Origin: Paragordius varius
Taxonomy: Eukaryota; Animalia; Nematomorpha
NCBI GenBank assembly: GCA_964247055.1
Contig: OZ176050.1
Location: 5,518,001 to 5,582,000, forward strand
Direction: 5' to 3'
Length of the DNA: 64,000 bases
The translations under genes were made by a program, and so were the position numbers. Under the pieces are notes generated by a model, which did no database searches, was not told the origin of the DNA, and saw only the letters and a program-made list of their open reading frames with translations. Positions 29,491-51,300 of this stretch are shown here, piece by piece (the stretch's first letter is position 1; each line of letters opens with the position of its first letter).

Positions 29491-31295
29491 CAACGTAAAA
29501 ACGCAGAAAAATTCTAATTAACTTAAAACCGTCCTTATTAAAAATTTTATGTTAGCAGTTTGCATATAAAATATTTATGTTGAAATTAATTAACAGTACC
29601 AAATAAATAAAATTCCATAATCAAAAATATGCTGTTGAAATATTAGTAAAATATATATTTTTTAACGGATTTTCAGAAAAGATCTTTCCAATTGGCAAAG
29701 AACTAGCAAAAATTTGCGAAATATAATTATTTACAAAGTGTTTTTAATTTGAGATAGTCATATGTTTGAATCTATTAATGGATATATATTTTTCTACAGA
29801 GTCATCTGTGTTGGTCACCGCTGTTTTATAATATATCCTTAATAATTTTTATACGCATTAGATGCACACAAAATAATATTTTGTTGAAATATGTATTTTT
29901 TGATAGAAAAATGGATCAGGGTTTTTATCAAGCTTTTGGTTTAAAATCTTACGAGTCATTTTTTACATTCTCATTTTTTACTTTCAAACCAGTAGTTTTG
30001 GTTAAAATTTATAATCAAATCTCTTTTCCTGTATATAAAAAACTTAGAATTATTAGTTACTAACTCTAATCCCGAATTCAGATTCCAAAACATGATAGAT
30101 ATAAACAACTGTTAATAAATATTGATTATAAAAAAATTTTAGAACTTGAATTTTTAAACCATAATATGCATTTATTTGCTTGTTTTATTAGTGATATAAA
30201 AAATAAAGAATAATGGTAAAATTTGAGATGATTTTACATTATAAAAAATCTATTTGTATCAGGCACACAAAAGGCTATCATAAAATATAATTGTAAATTT
30301 GACCTAAATCTATTTTTTGGATATTAAATCTTCAAACGTTGGGTGAGTTGAGACAGATTCAACCATAACATTCTGTTGTCATATATCTGCGCGAGTTCAT
30401 GGATTGAATTTTTTTCGCTAAAAGTCAAATTCTCATTTCAGAAGATGTATACATAGTTTCTACAAAAATATATCCTGATAAAAAATATATATTATTATGG
30501 GAAAATATGTCAGAATTAGACGGCGCTTTTAATTTTTGTCCTCACGTGTGATTTAAGTAGTTATTTATTTTTTTACGGTAGCTCATTATCAGGAAATGAT
30601 AAAATTTGCGCACATTAGAATTTTAATGAAAGTTAAATGCCTCATTATAAAAAATGTCACTAAAATATATTATAAACATATAAAAGGCAAATAAAGTTTT
30701 TCATTATTAGATGTGGCTCCGAAAGTCCAACCTTTGTTCTAAAATGAGCTACTTTAAATAAAACAAAATATGCTGAGATTTTACGATAAAAATTATAAAA
30801 ATATGTTTAATCTTTACCACAAAAACTATTTACAAAAAATGGATATATTTTTTAAAATTTTATTTACCTTTGTTGAATAGTGCTTGATAGGCTTTAAAAT
30901 ATTTTAAAAACAGAACTTTATGTGAATAAACGAGAAATTTTGGACAAAGGTTCAAAACCAGTGTCTAAAATTATCTCGAATTGCCTTTATTTTGATACCT
31001 TTTGGAACAAAATATTTATAAACTAGACTCTCAGCTTTGGTTCCTAAAAAATAGAACTAGAAACAAACTGAAGGTTCATGTGGATCGAATGATGATTTTT
31101 TATTATATTAAATTTTTATATGTTTTTTTGGAAGGTCCTCAAGAATTTTTTTTCGATTTGGTGGGGCGTGAAATAAAAGTTAGACTAGTGTAAACAGTGT
31201 TTTTATAATAAGCCTGATAATTCTGTTAAAAAAAAATTTTTAGAAACTTCTCAATTATAAAATACATCTGGTTTTATATATTTGTGCGAAATAAT

Positions 31296-34140
31296 ATGGC
31301 AAGAAACGCCGAAAAAGCAATGACGGCTCTAAGCCGATGGAGAAAACTAAAAATGCAGGAAACTAATGTGATGACAGTTAAACGTCCATATTTGGCAAGC
31401 GAGTGTCACGACCTTCATAAGGCAGAAACCTGGCGCCGTCAGATCATTCGCGATATAGCTAAGAAGGTGTCCCAAATTCAAAACCGTAAAATTACTTGTA
31501 ATTTCTAGCTGGCTTGGGTGAGTTTCGCACACGGGACCTAAATGATGAGATCAACAAACTACTACGTGAAAAACGTCATTGGGAGGTGCGAATTAAAGAG
31601 CTCGGTGGTAGAGATTATTTATCAAGTTCACAATCCGTCAAAATATTAAATAGAGAGGGCAAAGAAATTCCATCAAACCCTGGTTACAAATATTTTGGAG
31701 CAGCTCGCGATTTACCTGGAGTTCGGGAACTTTTAGCTCCAGCTCAATGTAAAATAAAATAATTATTTGTACAAGCTTCACTTTTGGCAAATTATCACTG
31801 TATCTAGTTAAATTTAAACATACTATCCAAAGTGTAATTTGAACGGCTAATTATTTGATGTTTTAAATTAAATGACTTATATACGACGTTTTCCTGTAGC
31901 TTTTATTAATCCCCCAAGACAGTGGTCCCTAACCTTTTTTGTTCAAAAATTTCTAAATTTATAAAAGATCATGCACCCTCTTGCCAAAAAACAAAGATAA
32001 AATTGCAAAATTTATTATTAAATGCCATTTTATTATGCAAAAAACATTTTTTCAACCAAACGCAACATTTTTTTCAAGCAACGACAGCATTTTTCATCTA
32101 AACGCAAAACTTTTTTCAACCAAAGAACATTTTTCAATTTTTTTTATATTAGGACAATTTTAAGTCCTTAATTTTAAGCTATTGTATTAAATTTTAGCGT
32201 TGCCATATGATTTTTATTGTTTTATTATCAATATTTGATGATAAAGAGATTGATTTTCAAACATTTAATTTTGCCCATAAATATTTTTATTTATATTAAT
32301 TATTTTTTTATTTTACATATTTAGTTTAACCTATAATCAATTTATATAATATGCACTTCAAGGGTGTCCTTGAACATTCAAAGTTGTCCTTCACTTAAAG
32401 TTAATCCTTCAATATTTTAATTTTGATTATTTATCAAGCCATATAATATTCATCTATGCTATCATTTTAAACCTATTTAACCTAAACTTTTAAATGAAAA
32501 CCAACTTTTTTTTCATAAAGACCGTATTATTATTTTAAATAAATTTTTTTATCCATATAAATATCTAGGTTTTGTGGATTATTGATTGTAATATTTAGTT
32601 TAAAACATTAATAATTTTATAATATTTTTAAATTAAAGAAAGTTAGTTCGAAACAAATAAAGTCAAAAAATACTAATAAATAAAGATATTAGGTTAAATA
32701 TAAAAAATAGTTAATTACATATAAAAATAACGGTTGTATGCAAACTGCAAAAAATGTAAGGACGAACTTTAAATGTTCAAGGACATTCTTGAAGTGCAAA
32801 TTGTATAAATTGATTATAAGGGAAACTAAAGTTGTAAAAGAAAAAATAATGAATATAAATAAATAATGCAATTTATGGGCAAAATTAAAAAGTTTTAAAA
32901 TCAACTTACCATCATATTGATGATAAAAATAAAAATCATAATTCAACGCTAAAATTTAATTACATTAACTTAAAATTAAATTTAATATTTAAATTGTCAT
33001 AAAATAAAAAAAATTATCATTAAATAAAGTGTTGTTTTTGCTTGATGTTGTCTTTGCTTGAAAAAATGTTTCGTCTGACCAAAAAGTTTCGTTTTGAAAA
33101 CATGTTGTTGGTTGAAAAAATGTTGTTTTTGCATGAAAAATGGCATAAAAATCATAATCAATGAGATTCTTGCATCTGCTATTGTCGAAATATTTTTTTA
33201 TATCAGTGACAAATCTTGATAATTTGTGCCTGAAATCCTCATTAATTCTCCATTTGTTTCTAGTATTTTTTAATTAAATTTTCCAAATTTCACCCCACCA
33301 TCCCCCTAAATTTTTCTACGCCTCCCATTTGCGAACCATTGATATATTATTGGACCAGTGCAAAATCTTTTTTGAATTTTTATATATAAAATTTCCTGAT
33401 ATTATTAATTTTTAAAATTTTTATATTTTATTCAATCAATAGCTCAACAAGCAATTAAAAAAACAAAAGCCGAACTTATGCGTCATATTGACGCACATTA
33501 CTATGGTTACCTTGATGAAGACGACGGCCTTTTACTTCCAGAAGAGTGTATTGCTCAAAGAAATTGTAATTATTTTATTTCATTTTTTTATTTAAAATAA
33601 ATTATTTTAAAAAATCATTATTTCAAGCCGAATTCTTTTTTACCTATTTTATACTTTCGAGCCTAATCCGATTTTTATCCAATTTATAAATAAAAACTTA
33701 TTTAAATGTATATAACTAATATTTACGAATACTAAACTATGTTACAAAAAGCATTTATATTTAACGTTTTTTTCGTATTTTGAGCTCTATAAAATATTGT
33801 TATTTTAAAAGATCGTCAGAAATTAGTGGCAGAATGGGAAAAAAATAATGCTGGCCCTGAACACAAGGATAAAACAGTTGAAGAATTCGAAAAAGAATTA
33901 GAATCCGACCCCAATTATTTCGACTTTGCAGACGATATTCATTTCTCTGATGAAGTTATGGAAATTAAAATACCATCCCAGGAAGATGTATTATTTAAAA
34001 TTTTATATCCTATTATTTTATAATTAATTATTGTTTCAACCAATATTTTTTATTTATACATATTTTCATAGGTTGAAAACGCAATTTTAGAGAAAAAGAA
34101 ACAAGATCTCTTACGACAAATTGACGCCCAATATAGTTAA
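31296..34140 (+). CDS. ISY1: Pre-mRNA splicing factor ISY1 (Prp19/NTC complex), 5 exons, 265 aa
   Basis: Exons 31296-31485, 31509-31748, 33443-33565, 33812-33987, 34072-34140. All introns are GT-AG, phases are consistent, and the CDS totals 798 nt. Translation MARNAEKAMTALSRW...KKVSQIQNPGLGEFRTRDLNDEINKLLREKRHWE...YKYFGAARDLPGVRELL...KTKAELMRHIDAHYYGYLDEDDG...IPSQEDVENAILEKKKQDLL carries the recognisable ISY1 motifs. Confidence 0.95.
31920..33341. mobile_element. Non-autonomous element in ISY1 intron 2 with a long internal inverted repeat (arms ~32020-32395 and ~32755-33150) and hAT/Charlie-like ends
   Basis: The arms are clear reverse complements: TTTTAGCGTTG...GCCCATAAA...TGCACTTCAAG..GTCCTTGAACATT versus AATGTTCAAGGAC..CTTGAAGTGCA...TTTATGGGC...CAACGCTAAAA. 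The ends CAGTGGTCCCTAACC and GCGAACCATTG resemble hAT MITE termini but pair imperfectly, and no TSD was found. Confidence 0.65.
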
Positions 34141-34168
34141 AATAAATATATTGTTTTACATATTTATT
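34141..34168. terminator. Back-to-back polyadenylation signals: AATAAA on + at 34141-34146 (ISY1) and on - at 34163-34168 (AFG2)
   Basis: Both hexamers lie in the 36-bp spacer between the two convergent stop codons. Confidence 0.6.
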
Positions 34169-34176
34169 ACTAATTT

Positions 34177-42827
<8,651 letters not shown>

Positions 42828-43639
42828 GATTTCCAGTATTAAATTCGAAAATATTAATTTATTCTGAGTATATATTTATGTATCATATTTTAAAATATTT
42901 TACAATTTTTTTAATATTAAAAAACATGCTTAACCAAACATAAAAACGGTTACACATGATAATTGTTGCCCAAGTAAAAATTGAAAAGTATATTTTTAGA
43001 AACACAATTTTATCAGAGATATTATAGAGCGAATTCTATAACACATGTGTGAATTAATTGAAAATATGTAGATGTTAAAGGTAACAAATTAACACTTCAT
43101 TCTTTTTATAAAATTGCTTACCTTTGGCAATGTTAATTTTAAAATTCTTAATTTAAATAATACCATTAAAAGTTAAATATAAAGCATTACAAAATTATTT
43201 TGTTATAAATTTCTAAACCATATTAACAATTATTTTGCCTGTTGTATTGGCGAATTAAAATATCTTAAGAAACAAAAGCTAAAAAGTGTGATATAAGTAT
43301 TTTTAACAAATTTTAATTTTCTAATGAAAATTTTAAGCCTGAGGTTAAAAGGATATAGAAAACATATTTTTAAATATACTCTAACTTTTCAGGATAGTTT
43401 AAAATGGCTTTATATAAAACTACCCCAAAACATAATAAAGTTTTATATACTGTAATCTTACTGTGCCCATACGTAAAAATATATTAAATTTTAGGAAGTT
43501 TTATAAACCATTTTATATGATATCACTCTTTGGAGCGGTCATTTACGTAGACAACAATGTTATATAACCCTATCTATATAATCTTAGCGTTTTGGTTCGG
43601 TTTTACCATATCTCTTTTAACCGTATCTATCCGTTACTT

Positions 43640-43860
43640 AAAAAACCCCCTCTTCCCCTATTATATTCCCTAATATATTCACCAATCATTTTACTCATAT
43701 ATATATATATATAGTTACCATCCCTTCTTTTATGTCCAAACCATTTAAGTCGATTTAACATAGTTGTGTTATCGGTTTGATTTCTATACTTTTTCTAAAT
43801 AAATTCTATACTTTGTCTTTCTTGGTACCGCACATCAATCTAAGCATACTCACTTCATTA
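43640..43860 (-). mobile_element. RTE LINE fragment (C-terminal region)
   Basis: The minus strand reads EVSMLRLMCGTKKDKV...KSIEIKPIT...NRLKWFGHKRRDG, with stops and frameshifts. Confidence 0.7.
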
Positions 43861-44419
43861 CCACTTCGATTTAAATTGGGGTATCTAAATACCCCAGACT
43901 AAAATTAAATAAATATTAAAAAACTACTAAAGGAAACGGTTCTAAATTAAATTTATACTTCTGTTCTAATAAAAATTGTATAAAAAAGCCAAATATCTAG
44001 ATAAAATTCCGTTTTGAAAAAGAGTTCCACGTCAAACTACTTCGACCCCATTTTTATTTTAAGAAATATCCAAAATATCGTATTCATTTATTTTTAAAGG
44101 TAAAATTAAAGCTAATTATTTATTTAAATTACATCTAACATTGATAGAAGTAGAAAAAGTAGTTTTTATTTTTAAATTTAGCTAATGGACACATGTCATG
44201 TTGACTAAATTTTTACTTTTGGGTTTTGAATTAAAGGATCAAGTATTTTGGAATCATTTTATATATTTCGGTTTATTAATGTTATATAAGGGCAAACTCT
44301 GGCCATAGTTTTAATTCCTTTTGTATTTTTTTAAAATAATTAATTTTAAACAGGCCTGGGGTATCCAACTACCCAATTTGAATCAAAGGACGAGATGAAT
44401 GTGTTGTATCCAAGTGTTA
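43861..44419. mobile_element. ~550-bp MITE-like repeat with GGGGTA-N6-TACCCC hairpins near both ends (copy A)
   Basis: The start CTTCGATTTAAATTGGGGTATCTAAATACCCCAGACT is the imperfect reverse complement of the end AGGCCTGGGGTATCCAACTACCCAATTTGAATCAAAGG. Homologous to 50662-51245 and 51370-51932. Confidence 0.8.
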
Positions 44420-44553
44420 ACCTAAACGTGCCTTTTTTCTTATTATTTTATCGCCCAACTCTTTGAGTTTTACATCCTTGTTGGCTGTCCAACATTGTGA
44501 TTTATTCCCTTATTTTCTAAATCGCTTAGCAAAAATTTTTACAAATATCCTTA

Positions 44554-44555
<2 letters not shown>

Positions 44556-44595
<40 letters not shown>
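44556..44595. repeat. (TA)n microsatellite
   Basis: About 20 perfect TA units. Confidence 0.9.
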
Positions 44596-44607
<12 letters not shown>

Positions 44608-44814
44608 GATAGAAAATATATCAAGATTATCATGATGCTTTTGATTTTAAGTCTTACGAGTAATTTAAGAAAATACTTAACTGCTCCATATCAAAAAATA
44701 AAAAATGCGTTAAATATTTTCCGCGAAATAGCTTATGATTTGACTATTAGCATGTGTGTCATATGACACATAATTAAATTAACACCTATAGAAATATCTT
44801 AAAACAAGGAACAC

Positions 44815-45345
44815 CTATAGACACTTCATTACCTTTTCACTGTTTTGTCCTAGTCTACCGTTTGGGCTTGTTTTATATCCAGAGCTCATTTAATAAACTA
44901 CATTTTTGAAATTTATTTTAGTTAAAAATTAATTATCAAACATTGTTCTCATGTATTAGATAAAAAGGCTAATATTTTATACTGTTTTGTGACTTCTAGA
45001 GTCTCAAATTGGCACACCTCTAAAACACAATTGAAACGAACAGTTGATATTAAAATCAATATATAACTTTTTTGCTGGAAAAATGTAACCTGAAACCTTG
45101 AGTTAATTATTTACTCTATATACCATAATATAATTTATTTGCCTGGTGCATCAGCGAAAAAATTCATAGAAGAAATGGCAGCAAAGAAGTTTATGAGGAT
45201 TTTTTTATTTCACATTATTTTTAAATTTTTTTGGTAATGCGCTCTAAAGGCTAAAGATGGCATTTTTTTAAATTCAGTTTAATAGCATAAACTTTTTTGA
45301 GATAATTTCAGATGGCTCTGGGATATAAAACCACCCCAAAAAGTA
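44815..45345 (+). mobile_element. Interspersed repeat family, diverged copies also at ~47105-47450 and ~57920-58395
   Basis: Shared collinear blocks TTACCTTTTCA..TTTTGTCCTAGT, TTAATTATCAAACATTGTT, GACTTCTAGA, AAAATGGC(G/A)GC, GCGC.(C/T)TAAAAG, AAAAC(T/C)ACCC. The 47 kb copy ends in AGAGTTAA, suggesting a TTAA-type non-autonomous DNA transposon. Confidence 0.65.
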
Positions 45346-48305
45346 TTGGAGTGTTATATAAAGCATTTTAAATATGCTATATTTTTGATTATATTAATTT
45401 TTGTCAAAATGTTTTTTACGTTTGAACCTATTTTTGTTTTGTATAGTTAGATTCCTTTTATTTAGAATATAAGCTAGTTTTAAAAAATTGCCAGCCCAAA
45501 AACACACAGTGTAAAGCACAAACTTTTGATTGATTAGTTTGGAAAAAAAATTATGCTGTATATATGTCGAATAGCCACAATTCTTATAAAGAATCAGTAA
45601 AATATAATATACCCAATTATGTATTAATATCTTTGACACAGTTTCCAAAATCGGATATCATAAATATCCACAAAAATAGATACTGAATATTAGGAGCTTG
45701 AAATCGGTTTTGGTTTCACAAATTAATAAGTATAATTTTCACTTTTACAGTAATAGTTTGGTATAATAAATAAAATTCGGAATGACGCTGAATCAGTGTT
45801 TTGATATGGAGCAATTTCTAGAAAAATTAAAATTTCTTTCTTCAATCACTCCTAAAGTCCAACCCCCGTTAATTGAATACATTATTTTATAAAATAAATA
45901 TATTTGTGGATATTATCACGTGTTTAATCACTCGTTAAACATAACAAGATTTTCGCAATAGAAAATTTTTGTAATATATATAGCATTTGCAACATTAGCC
46001 TAAAATTTGGTCTGCAATCGTTATTTATTTTCAAATAAATAATACTCTTTAAACTGGATTATATTTATTAAAAAAACTATGACCTTATAGATCCAATTAA
46101 ATCAGCTTAAAACTATATACTATCGAACAAAATTTCATTATAAAAAATTTGACCTATACTTTACACATTTGATGATATGAAGGCATATTGATTAATAAAT
46201 TGCAACCATTTACCTGAAATCATTTCAGGTAATTAAATTTTCATTATAATTATTAACATATGTTAATATATATCTATTCTTGTCAATATTTACTTTTGTG
46301 GTATATTTAAAAAGAAATTATTCGTAAATTTTATTGGTAGAAGTTCAATTTCATCAAAATTTGATATGATTAGAAATAATAGTCAAATATTAATTTATTA
46401 TGTAAGTAAAGAACTGTAGTGATGAGCTAAACACAAAGAAGACCCTATCAAGAGGTAAAATTTCTATTATATACTAGTATGACATATAATATTTTTTCCT
46501 ATTTGCCTTAGAAAGCAAATTATTTTGGGGCCCAGTTTGAGATATTAAATCAAAGAATATAAATATTAAATTTATATAGATATTAATTCAAGCTCGCTAA
46601 AGATTTCAGTTTTCACTTAAATTTTATATCGAAAATAAAAATAATAGGAATGAGGTGGAGAAATTTTTACATCCAATTAGTTGCAATATTGTATAATTTT
46701 TTTATACCTAAATAAAATTCCAATTATTTGATCTCTTTCACAAAGTATATTTTGAATTAAGCATATATAGATATATCTTTCCTCCCAACTTTTTGTTTAT
46801 TTAAGGTCATAGTAGGATTTTATGAGCGCTTTTAAAACTTAATACCAATTATACAGACATTGTTTGGCTTTTAAATTACATATGGTATGCACACAATTTT
46901 ATGTTTGAAATAAATTCCAGCAAAAAAATATTCACATGTTTAATTTTGTTGGTTAGCAATTACCATATAAATGATGACTAAATCTTTTTGTTTTAACCAC
47001 TCAATGAAATAGTTCTCTACCACGGAGCTTCAAGTAATAAACGAAGTACCCTTTTAAATGTTTTTTTTTGGTTAAAAATTAATTTTTAAACCCGTATTTT
47101 AAACTTTTTAAAGTATTTTGACTTCTAGAGTTGATTTAGATAGCTCCAAAACCCGATTGTAATGAACAGCTGATAGTAAAATAAATATCAAAAATTTTCT
47201 GATAATTGTAATTTGAAAGCTTTCCGAAGTATAATATACATTACCTGTTGTATTCACAAATACATAAAAATGGCGGCGAAAAAATTTAAGATTAGGTTTT
47301 TTTACGATTTTCATTTTTTTTAGAATTTTTTTGTATCAAGCGCCTAAAAGACTAGAAAAGGCTTATCTGTTAATTTGTCTCAAAATTTAAAAATAATTTA
47401 ATAAATTGACCTGGTGCATAAAACTACCCTAATAGGTCATAAAGAGTTAAATATACGGTAATAAATAAACTGATGAAATGTAAAAAAGACATTTTTTTTA
47501 TTAGTTTATTTCAAAAAAGAATAAAAATTTAAATTGAAAATATTATTTATTTATTTTCAAATAGTAATTATATAGTAGTTTACATAAGATATATCAAAGT
47601 TCAAAACGGTTTCTTTTTAAAAAAATATTTGTTTTTTTAGTTTGCTAGTATAATTTTAATTATTGGTGTATATTAGGCATAAACAAACCATTCCGGAAAA
47701 AACTACCATATTGAGAATGACAATATTTTAAATGGTAATTTTCGCATTGTCGGCAAACTTTCAAAACCCTTTTATTGCCGATCGCCGAATTTCAGAATCT
47801 TTCAAATATGGTTTTAAGGTTTATTTTGCGTATTTCTTAGAAACTTTACGACAAAACTTATAATGTTAAGCTCAAATATATAACAATTAAATAGTGTGCA
47901 AGTAACCTTAAATATAATGATCAACACAAATAATTTCATTGTAGAAAACATTATTTTGGGATAGGTTTAAGAAGCACGCAAAAGAGCTGTTAAACGATGA
48001 ATATTAAATCCATATCCTATTTTGCCTGAAATAATTTGACTCAGAATGGAAAATAATATTAATTTGTAATAAAGTTTTGAGTTGTGTATTGATTTATTTA
48101 CTAAATACATGAAAATCGAAAAAAAAATTTAAATGGTCAATTGATATTTTTGGATATATAAATATAACATTTTAAATCCACTTTAAGTTAACTTTGTTAT
48201 ATAAATAGAAATTGCTTATTAGGCATTTTTTTGATTAAAAGATTAGTTACGATATATACATATATATTTAAAAAAATAATATATGTTTCATTGTATTATG
48301 TAGAA

Positions 48306-51300
48306 ATGATGTTTAAATTAATTCTGTCTTATGTTATAATTCTAACAGTAGATCAAGGTAACATTGAGCTTATAATATAAAATTAAAATGTCATTTTTTA
48401 AAATAACAATCTAATCAAAGTGTTATTCAAATTTTTTTATGAAAACTACTTGTTTTTGTGGTTTAAGACCTAATTCTTAAAAATTAAATAAATATATATA
48501 TGTAATATGCCATGGCACTGCTAAATACTTCAAACAATCATTATTTAATCATAAGTATATCATGTTTTTGAAGTGTTGTAATGTGAATGGCTGTTACACA
48601 ATTAATTTTGTATCCTTTGATTCATAAGTAAGTATTAGGAAAATGTTTTGATGACATCCTTTTTTTGGAAGTAGAGGGGAGTATGCGCGAAATCTTTTGA
48701 ATTCAATTGACCAACCAGCCAACCAGCCAATCAACTTTCATAGCTTATATATAAATATTGAAAAAACTATTTATAATTAATTTATATTTTTTATCAACCT
48801 TTATATATCCTTCCTTTATAACTCATAGGCCTCACAACCTAAAGCTTAACGAAAATTCTGATACGTTTCCCACTATTTTTATTTCAAATATTTTTGACGA
48901 CCGAATTATTTAATGTATAATAATTAATATTATTAAAAGAATTCCTGCATAATATCATATAATTATTCAAAATTGACGCCACCAAAGAACTATTATTAAA
49001 TTTTGTGAGGAATTTTCAAAAAAAATGTTAATCTTACAATATATCATCTAAACATTTAGTTAGCTCTTTATTGTGTATAATTAAAATTCTTTTGTATTTT
49101 AACCCTATTTGATAATTAATATAGACTGATTTGAGCCAATACGCTAAAAGTTTGTAGATCCTTTTGTCCCAAATTTTTTTTATTAGCCGATAAATGTTAA
49201 AATCTATAAAATAAATGCTTCCTTATATTTCAATATAACTTGTTTGAAATTAATTAATTAATATTTATCATTCAAGCGCCAAATAAGCCTTAATAATGGC
49301 ATTATCTATATTTAATCGAGTTAATTTTCCTGATCCAATCATGTTAAATTCAAATCAACATTTTATATTTTTTAGTTTCAACAATCCCACGCCACTGCAA
49401 TTGCTTAACTCAAGTGTCCTCATATGAATGCCTTTGGTCAAATAAATGCCAATGTGATAAAAATTATTATGGGAAATATTGTGAAAATGGTATGAATATT
49501 TGCATTTTTTCAAGTTGGACATAAAAAATACATCTTGATGTTTAATGACAAATATGGATTAATAAGAAATTGCAAAACCTAATTCAACTAATCAATAAAT
49601 TGGTTTTCAAAATGCACTAAAATAAAGTCCTTATTTACACCCAATAATAAAATTGATATTTTAATACACATATAGTGTTTAAATATCCATGTTTAATGTT
49701 AAATGCCGTAAACCTCATATGTGAAGTAAAAGCAAAAAAATGCGCTTGCTTATCAATATTTAGTACATGAGTGGATGATTTGTAATCAGTTTAAGGTAAG
49801 CGCATAATCCGTTTTTTTTAAAAGCTCAATATTTTTTTACAAATTAAAGTATACTGTAACAGATAATGTATGTGTTTTTATTTAATAAAATAGCGTATAT
49901 GCGTTAATATCACAGCACAACAACTTTTCATATTAAATCTATGTTTACGATTTATATAACGCTCGACTGCAGTTCTTTTTAAAGAAAGCACATGTTATAA
50001 AATTAATATTTCAGCCTTATAACCTTAATTGTATATCATTTTTTTCATTTAATAGGCCAAATAATGTGAGTATAAAGTTTTTAAAGTTAAATTATAGCAT
50101 ATATTATTATAGAAAATTTGTTACCTTGGACATACATAAAATACTGAAATTTTACATTTTTTAATTTCTTTACTTATAATTAGCTTAGATAATACCATTT
50201 ATATAAACGGCTGTTTATTAAGCTAAATTTCAATTGCCCAACATTTTATTAACTAAAAGTAGCGATTTCGCTGAAAAATTAATATTATTTGGCGCTAAAA
50301 GTTTGTTATTAATTCAGTAAAATTATATATATAATAAGGGATACATAAAATGATGCCTATGTAATATTTCATTTTATAATTAGTTTAGGGTAAATTTTTG
50401 ATTGATATTGAAGCATCTATATATGGCGAAAAGTTTTTGATTTAAGACTTTGTACTTTTCTTAATAAAACGCCGAAATTTACATTTTAAATTTAATTTGA
50501 TTAATTTCATCTTAAGTCTAGATAGGCACTATAGTCTACCTTTCTATTTTTTAGTTAATTATAATAGGAATAATATAACCGTAAGTACACTATGTCGAAT
50601 CACTTATTAAACTTTTTTTTAATTTAATTTTTTAATTTAACATAATAATATATTAAACAACCATATGAGGGCTTTTTAAAACACTTGGATACAACACAGT
50701 CCTTTCAGTTTCAAATTGGGGTAGTTAGAAAACCCAAGCCTGTTTAAAATAAAATTCTTAAAAAATATGGAAGGAAAATCAATACCATTTTAGATTTTGC
50801 ACTAATATAACATTAATAAACCAAAAATAAAAAACTTTTTTCAAAAATACATGATATTATCATTTTAAGGTACCCAAAGGTAAAAATTTAGTCAATATGA
50901 CATATGTGCACTGGTAAAACTGAAAAATAACGCAAAATAACCCGCTTTTTATTTCTATCAATTTTAGATATAATTTAAATAAAAAATTATCCTTAGTTTT
51001 ACCCTTAAAATTAAATGAAAACGATATTTTGCGAAAGTTTTGTAAAACAAAAATGGCGTCGAATTAGTTTGACATGGAACTTTTTTTTCAAAACAAATTT
51101 TATTAAGATAATTTGGCCTATTTATATAATTTTTATTAGGATAGAAGCATATATTTAAATTAGGACCGTTTCCTTCAGTAGATTTTTTAAAATTTTACTT
51201 TAATTTAGTCTGCGGTATTTAGATACCCCAAATTGAATCGAAGTGACTTTTGGTAAACAATGGTTTTATTATTATTCATTTAAATATAAAAAATTTTAAT

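Noticed and set aside
29660-30480. Possible hAT dimerisation-domain remnant on the minus strand (FASSLP..ERSFLK)
   Set aside because: Only a short frameshifted motif; not enough to call without a profile search.
50056-50065. 10-nt micro-exon (AG|GCCAAATAAT|GTGAGT) in the EGF gene; similarly 54528-54542
   Set aside because: The 10-nt exon would break the phase-1 frame. The 15-nt candidate has a weak donor. Neither is supportable without RNA-seq.
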